From Macrostomum lignano (lineage: Eukaryota), in the NCBI GenBank assembly GCA_002269645.1, contig NIVC01001182.1:279337-343336 (forward strand): a stretch of 64,000 nt of DNA, written 5' to 3'. The position numbers were made by a program, and so were the translations under genes. The notes under the pieces are model-generated. The model made no database searches. It was not told the DNA's origin and saw only the letters and a program-made list of their open reading frames with translations. Numbering within the stretch: the first letter of the stretch is position 1; each line of letters opens with the position of its first letter. Positions 58,811 through 64,000 of the stretch are shown piece by piece.

Positions 58811-60657
58811 CGAATTCCGACGGAAGCTTTCACGGTTTTCTCGCGGTTGTTGTTGCTGGTCGGTGGAGTGTAGGCGTTTGTCACTCTTTCAACCGTACAA
58901 AGGCGAATAGAGTTGATAGTCGCAGCGGCAGTAGTCGGTTTTTTGAGTAAAGATTTCAGCTGCTTAGCGTCTCCAGAGTAGCGAATTTCGTTTCCAAAAG
59001 TCGGTGGGCGTTCATCAACTGTAGCAATGTGCATCAGTTGGGCAGACTCGGGAGCGTCGTGAGTCGTCCATCCAATCTGCGGCTGTTGATTCCATCCTGG
59101 GTGGGACGTTTCAGGGTCCTGAGCAGTGATGGCGCGTATCGGTGGATATTGTTGTTGCGCAAATCTCGGAGGTTGTCGTTGATTGTTGGTGCCGTTGTAT
59201 CGAGGCGGATAGCGTTGCTGAGGCCGGTTTCCATAGTCTTGACGGGGTGGAAATCGTGATTGTTGTGTCGCCGGTGGACCGTAGCCTTGTGTACGTTGGG
59301 CTCGTAGTCGGCACTGGTTAATAGAGTGTCCTGGTTTTCGGCAATAGTTACAGGTCAATCGTGGCGGTCCCTGCTGGTAACGATTTCGCGGGGCATCAGA
59401 GCCGTATTGGGCTGTGTTCCTTCGATCACTTGAGTTAGGTCGGAAGGGACGAGGTTGTTGGTCATTCCTTCGACGACAGTCGGCGGCATAGTGTCCAGGT
59501 CGACCGCAATGATAACAAGTGGGCTTCTGTTGCATATTAGCGATAGGTGGCTTGGTTTGTGTTTGCAGGGAGGCAACCACCTGCTGATTGGCTTCCTTCG
59601 TCGTTTTTTCTAAGGTAGTTAGACGCTCTGTGAGAGCTTTCAAGTCAGTGCCATCAGAGTCCATGGTGGAGTCGCGGATTTGTTCGGCGCGGATGGCCTT
59701 GTTGATTAGCGTACTTTCCGTGGTGATATTTTGCTTCAAGAGTTCTCGTTTGATGTAGGGTAGAGCATTGTTGATAGTCGTAGCCATCAGGGTAGCAAGG
59801 AAGTCTCGGTTGCGCTGGTCGATGACAGCTTGGTTCGCGGGTGGTGTTTCCGGACCGGCACCTTCCGGAAATTCTTCCGGTATTTCCGGCATAGCTGACC
59901 TGAGCTTTCGACGAATATCGGTGAAATAAGACAGGAACGGTTCGCCGTACTGTTGTTTCCGGGTTGTTGCATTATGCAGCGTTAGAGCCGAGCCAATGGT
60001 TACTTCCCGAAGGCGTTGAGACAGTGCCTCAATGGTGGCTGGATAAGAGGCTTGGACTGCGGCAGAGAGGCGACTGTATTCGAGTTTAAGAAGGTCATTC
60101 AGTAGTCGCGGGAAGAGCCGAATCTTTGCGTTCTCCGATAGTCCAAAGGAGCGTGTGATCAAGTCGAACTCTTCAGTGAAGGAGCGGAAGTCATGCATTT
60201 GGTCGATTCCTTTCAGGGATTGACGAATTTCAGCAAGAGCAGTAGCTGAGACGGGATGGTTTGATTGCAATTGCAGACTGCGGTTCATAACGTCAGTAAG
60301 TTCACGGACAGCATTTGTCGCTGCAGCATCAACATGGGGAGCGCCGTCCTGATCAGCCATATCTAGAGTAGATTCTTCAGCAATATCGTTTGGGGCTGGT
60401 TGAACTGTTTCGTCCGCGTCTGTTAGGATGGAGCTGGGTGCTGGTGAGTGTGCACGGTTGTGTTCAAAATGATCCGCGAGAGGGTTATTAAACTCAACGT
60501 TATTTGGTATAAACAGGTTAGGTACTGGTGAACTATTTCGTGGGAGCTGTTCACCTATTTGGCAGTCAGAAGTTTCTAAATTTTGTTCAGGGGGTCTGTT
60601 AATATTTGAGCTTTGAAAAACTGGTCCGGAACGTAAATCTCGGACAGGTGTGGTCAT
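58810..60657 (-). CDS. gag: Gag region of the retroelement polyprotein (capsid-like plus 2 zinc knuckles)
   Basis: First ATG at 60657 (MTTPVRDLRSG). Capsid-like segment FRSFTEEFDLITRSFGLSENAKIRLFPRLL; knuckles CYHCGRPGHYAADC and CNYCRKPGHSINQC; continues without a stop into the env-like region (ORF 56800-60717). Confidence 0.88.
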
Positions 60658-61691
60658 TAACAAGAATTCAATCAATAATTTCAAGGCAACGATAGCACAA
60701 AATGTAACTAATAGCAAAGTAGAGTGTCAAATTCAAAGTGAGCAAACGGCAATGGCTTTCAGGGTTGCGGTTGGCGGACTGGCTGGGGAAGGGAGAAAAA
60801 GAGAGACTGTGTAATTTTTTAACTGTGATCTGCGACGAGCTTTGAAAATCGAAGTAATTTTGAATTGAACTGCCTTTTGATTGGTTCTGAAACTTTGAAT
60901 TTTGAAATTTTGAACTCGGAAATCTTGAATTGAACTGCCGTTTGATCGGTTCTGAAACTTTGAAACTGAATTTGATAAAGGAGCTCCTGAATGTTGGACT
61001 AGACGGACATCAGTGGTGGCCAATAAAATCGAATTTGTATCATTGAAGTCGGCAGTTTTCTTTTTCTTGAAGTCGGCAGTTTAGTCTTTTGAAGTCGGCA
61101 GTTTTCTTCTGAGAATTTGTTCTGGCTTTTTGAATTTCGAATTTGAATTTTGAACTATCTGACGAGTTTCAGCTAGGGGGGTTGATTTCATAATTTTAAG
61201 CAAGCGTAGAGTAATGTTTTTGTAGTTTTGTAAATTTGCTATTTTTTAATTTTTGAAAATTTTATAATTTTTATTGATCGGACTGATCATTTTGTAACTT
61301 TAACATGATAAGAGCAGTACGGGTTGTACGAAATGAACTATAAGCAATGGTATTGTTTTTTGTGTTTTCAAGTTTTATTATTTTTTTTTGCGATCTAATG
61401 ATCATTTTGAGTTTGTCGCAGGCTACGAAAATACTATGTGAATAGTCTAGCATAGATGAAGCGAAGAAGAGTAAATGGAGACGTGCGTTTTTTGAGGTTT
61501 TAAATTTTTTATATTTTTTGTCGATCAAATGATCATTTTCAAAGTAGTGTTTACACCATGCAGTTTAAAGTAACAGAAGGTGAGCTGGAAATGAGACTAC
61601 GATCAAAAGACAATGAGAGAGTATAGTATATTTACAGGGCCCAAGGGGGCTGATGCTGAGGCGATAGAAATTGCGGCTTATGGGGGGGGAA

Positions 61692-62500
61692 TCACTCAGG
61701 GCGACCACCGTATGCGGAGGCGAGAAGTTTGGGGCAAGGAGAGTCGCTAACGTCAAAACAGGGGTCGTCGGTAAAGTCGGGGTGGCCAACTATATGTTCC
61801 CGGTGGAACCGAGGGAGGGTGAGGAAATGAGCTTCAATGGCCTGACCTCTAGAACTGCCGCGATGGCGCGTCCAGGTCGACCAGAAGTGGTAGCGGAGTT
61901 GGTAAGAGGCAAGGTGGAACAGGCTTAAGGGTGAGTCGGAAACGGGGGGAACAAAGCTCTGGAGCAATAGTTCGTGGCGTTCACACTCCTCGTCATCAAT
62001 TTTGCGACAGTATATTCGGCGGAGATCTTTGTAGCGAAGAGGAACGCCGGTATGAAAATCAACGCAACGCAGAGCGCGGAAGAGTAGCTCGAAGTCCTGG
62101 CCTCGGAGGGCTATATCGACGATTGCGGACTTAAAAGCTCCTTGCAGGGGCGGCAGATGGAGGCCTTCGAGATGGAATAGCATATTGTCTATCTGCCCCG
62201 GGATGTGGCATTGGAGGCAGTCATAAATGTGGGTCAGGTAGGAATCAGTAATGGTGAGGACAAACTTGGTTACGGGACCAGGGCGTCCATTACAACTGAA
62301 GAGATCGTGAAACAGGGAATCCGGGATTGCGGGCTTGACGGTACGAGGAAACGGAAAGGGCGAGAGATAGGAGGGGTGATAGTAAATGAAACTGCGGCGA
62401 TGTTGGCAATAATACGTCTGACACTGGCAATCAAATAGTGGGACATCATCGGGGCAGTAAGGGATGCGGCTTCAGCGTAGATACGTGCGAAAGTAGTCAT
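61692..62500 (-). CDS. Accessory ORF upstream of gag, about 269 aa if one 1-nt deletion near 62273 is restored
   Basis: ORF 62270-62500 (MTTFARIY...DALVP) joins a stop-free frame (VTKFVLTITDSYLTHIYDCLQCHIPG...) that runs into ORF 61692-62183. Confidence 0.45.
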
Positions 62501-62891
62501 GTTGAAATTATAATAAGTGAATTAAAGTACTTTAATTTAATTTACAGTGTTACCAAGTTGCTGGAACGGTAGAGACTGGATGTGAAGAGTGTCGTTCTTG
62601 CAGTTGGCTTCGGTAGTACTGGAGAGGAGATTAACTCAAGAGTGCAGGATTCTGTCAATCTATAGTGCTGCAAAAGTGCTAGTATAATAGTGCTGTTGAT
62701 GGCGAATTCTGAAGGGAGTTGGGAACGGAGTTTGCGGCGTCCTCATTGGTTGGTTAGGGGGATTCCAAGCCATGCCTGGGAGACGGGGCGGTTATATTGG
62801 TGAAACTGAAGGGGGACGGGTAAGGCTTGCTACTCCTTCGCGACTCCGCTACTTCAAACACTCCCGGACGACGATTGCTCGACTATTTATT

Positions 62892-63173
62892 ATGGCTATG
62901 CAAGCTCAACTCGAAAGGACGAGGAAGACGGCAGATCAATGGTGGTGGCTCTGTCGGCGGTTGTGGGAGCTCGAATTGCTGCTGGAGGACGGCTGGCCCC
63001 GCGACACGAAGCGGGGTGCTCGGCGGGGTTCGCGACTCCTGTCAGCGTTCAGGCGGCTAGTCACACCCGTCCGTAAGTGGTGTGAGCGCCGCCTCGAATG
63101 GTGGCAGGAGCTCCAGCACGTGGAAGAAGAGATTGTAGCGGGACGCCGATGGGGTAATTTTATCCTAGTTTAA
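62892..63173 (+). CDS. Antisense Trp-rich small ORF (93 aa from ATG 62892), unknown function
   Basis: MAMQAQLERT...; nine Trp; followed by an AT-rich spacer (63175-63370). Confidence 0.35.
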   Translation: MAMQAQLERTRKTADQWWWLCRRLWELELLLEDGWPRDTKRGARRGSRLLSAFRRLVTPVRKWCERRLEWWQELQHVEEEIVAGRRWGNFILV

Positions 63174-63371
63174 TGTAATGGAAGGGGCTAACCGACTGAA
63201 GGTAGGGGTAATCTTGAGTTTAATTTTTTGTAATTTTGTATAGTTTTTGTAGATATGCTAACAACAATTGAATTACTTATTAGTGTACATATATTTATAT
63301 TGTTATTGTTGCGATTACCCTTTTGTACGTGTGAATGTTTTTGTAAAAAAATACATAACTAACCTGTTTAA

Positions 63372-63964
63372 CTATTTGAATTGATAAAGGCTGCTCAGGT
63401 TAGAGGGGGGGCTATGGGTAGGGCTCAATCTTGACAAAGCAAAGGATGGATAGCGTAACAAGATGGTTAACAAAATAAGTAGGGCAAAAGCTGTATGGGG
63501 CACTAAGCATCTATTGCCTTTGGCAATAGGGAGATGAGAGAAAAGTAGAAGTTGTTTGGATCTTAATCCATCATACAAAAACGAGAAATGGCTAGGAAAA
63601 GAAAAAATTCCTGGGGAAATTGTTTATCAGAGATCGTGAAAAGGTCGCTGAACCGGAGGGTGAGTGGCAGGATGGAGCTGGCCTGGACAGTTTGATTAAG
63701 GAAAAGATTTTTTGTGGGAGATAAAAGTTGAGTGATGGTTTTAATCAAGAAAAGAGGTCGCTCTGGAGGTCGAGTAGGCACACAAAGTCTGATGTGGGCA
63801 GTTTGTTTAAGATTAATATTTATTGGAGGGAACTGGAGTTGATTAAACACGCAAGAAATTCCCAGCATCCCGAATGATCCATAGAAGGCAACTGCCAGAA
63901 TCAGCAATCCGAAAAAAAAACTTGGGTCGATAAGGATTTGATGGATGGGCTCGTGGGTTTGCAA
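63372..63964 (-). CDS. Putative membrane protein ORF (about 197 aa, one 1-nt shift near 63575)
   Basis: ORFs 63563-63964 and 63372-63578 overlap at a T-run. Hydrophobic stretches FFFGLLILAVAFYGSFGMLGISCVF and AFALLILLTILL. No ATG at the start, so the start is uncertain. Confidence 0.3.
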
Positions 63965-64000
63965 ACAGTGAGTTTGGAGTGTTTAATCAAGAAAAATAAT

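Larger units (their letters stand above)
49018..64000 (-). mobile_element. Large Ty3/Gypsy-type LTR retroelement with env-like gene (gag-env-pol order) and accessory ORFs; 5' end outside window
   Basis: Gag with two CCHC knuckles, protease DSG, RT YLDD, RNase H, integrase HHCC/DDE in PR-RT-RH-IN (Gypsy) order. LTR-like segment and PPT at the low-coordinate end; abrupt compositional change from AT-rich host DNA near 49.0-49.1 kb. The left boundary is uncertain by about 100 bp, and the inclusion of 61-64 kb is inferred. Confidence 0.85.

Noticed and set aside
61000-61025. Primer-binding site (minus strand TGGCCACCAC...)
   Set aside because: Not preceded by an LTR CA end and not an obvious tRNA 3' complement.

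Overview
Eukaryotic (animal) genomic DNA. Compact GC-rich exons, introns packed with minisatellites and the gene content suggest an invertebrate such as a free-living flatworm (Macrostomum-like); this is inference only. Left part (about 1.9-37.4 kb): three spliced genes, all on the minus strand. They are a long-form intersectin (2 EH, coiled coil, 5 SH3, DH, PH; 11 exons traced), a two-exon Na+/K+-ATPase beta subunit, and a FAM135-family gene (9 exons) with two duplicated, mutually exclusive first coding exons. Middle (38-49 kb): AT-rich DNA with DNA-transposon remnants (MITE with a 4-bp TSD, hAT-Charlie termini, a Helitron 5' end) and a degenerate 28S rRNA-like fragment. Right (49-64 kb): a large minus-strand Ty3/Gypsy-type LTR retroelement whose 5' end lies outside the window. 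Main discovery candidate: a herpes-gB/chuvirus-like class III fusion glycoprotein lies BETWEEN gag and pol (gag-env-pol order). It is fused in frame to Gag through an internal signal peptide and carries a Thr-rich mucin segment bracketed by two furin sites. Restoring five single-base deletions gives one predicted Gag-Env-PR-RT-RNaseH-IN polyprotein of about 2,820 aa. Several unassigned accessory ORFs flank it on both sides.
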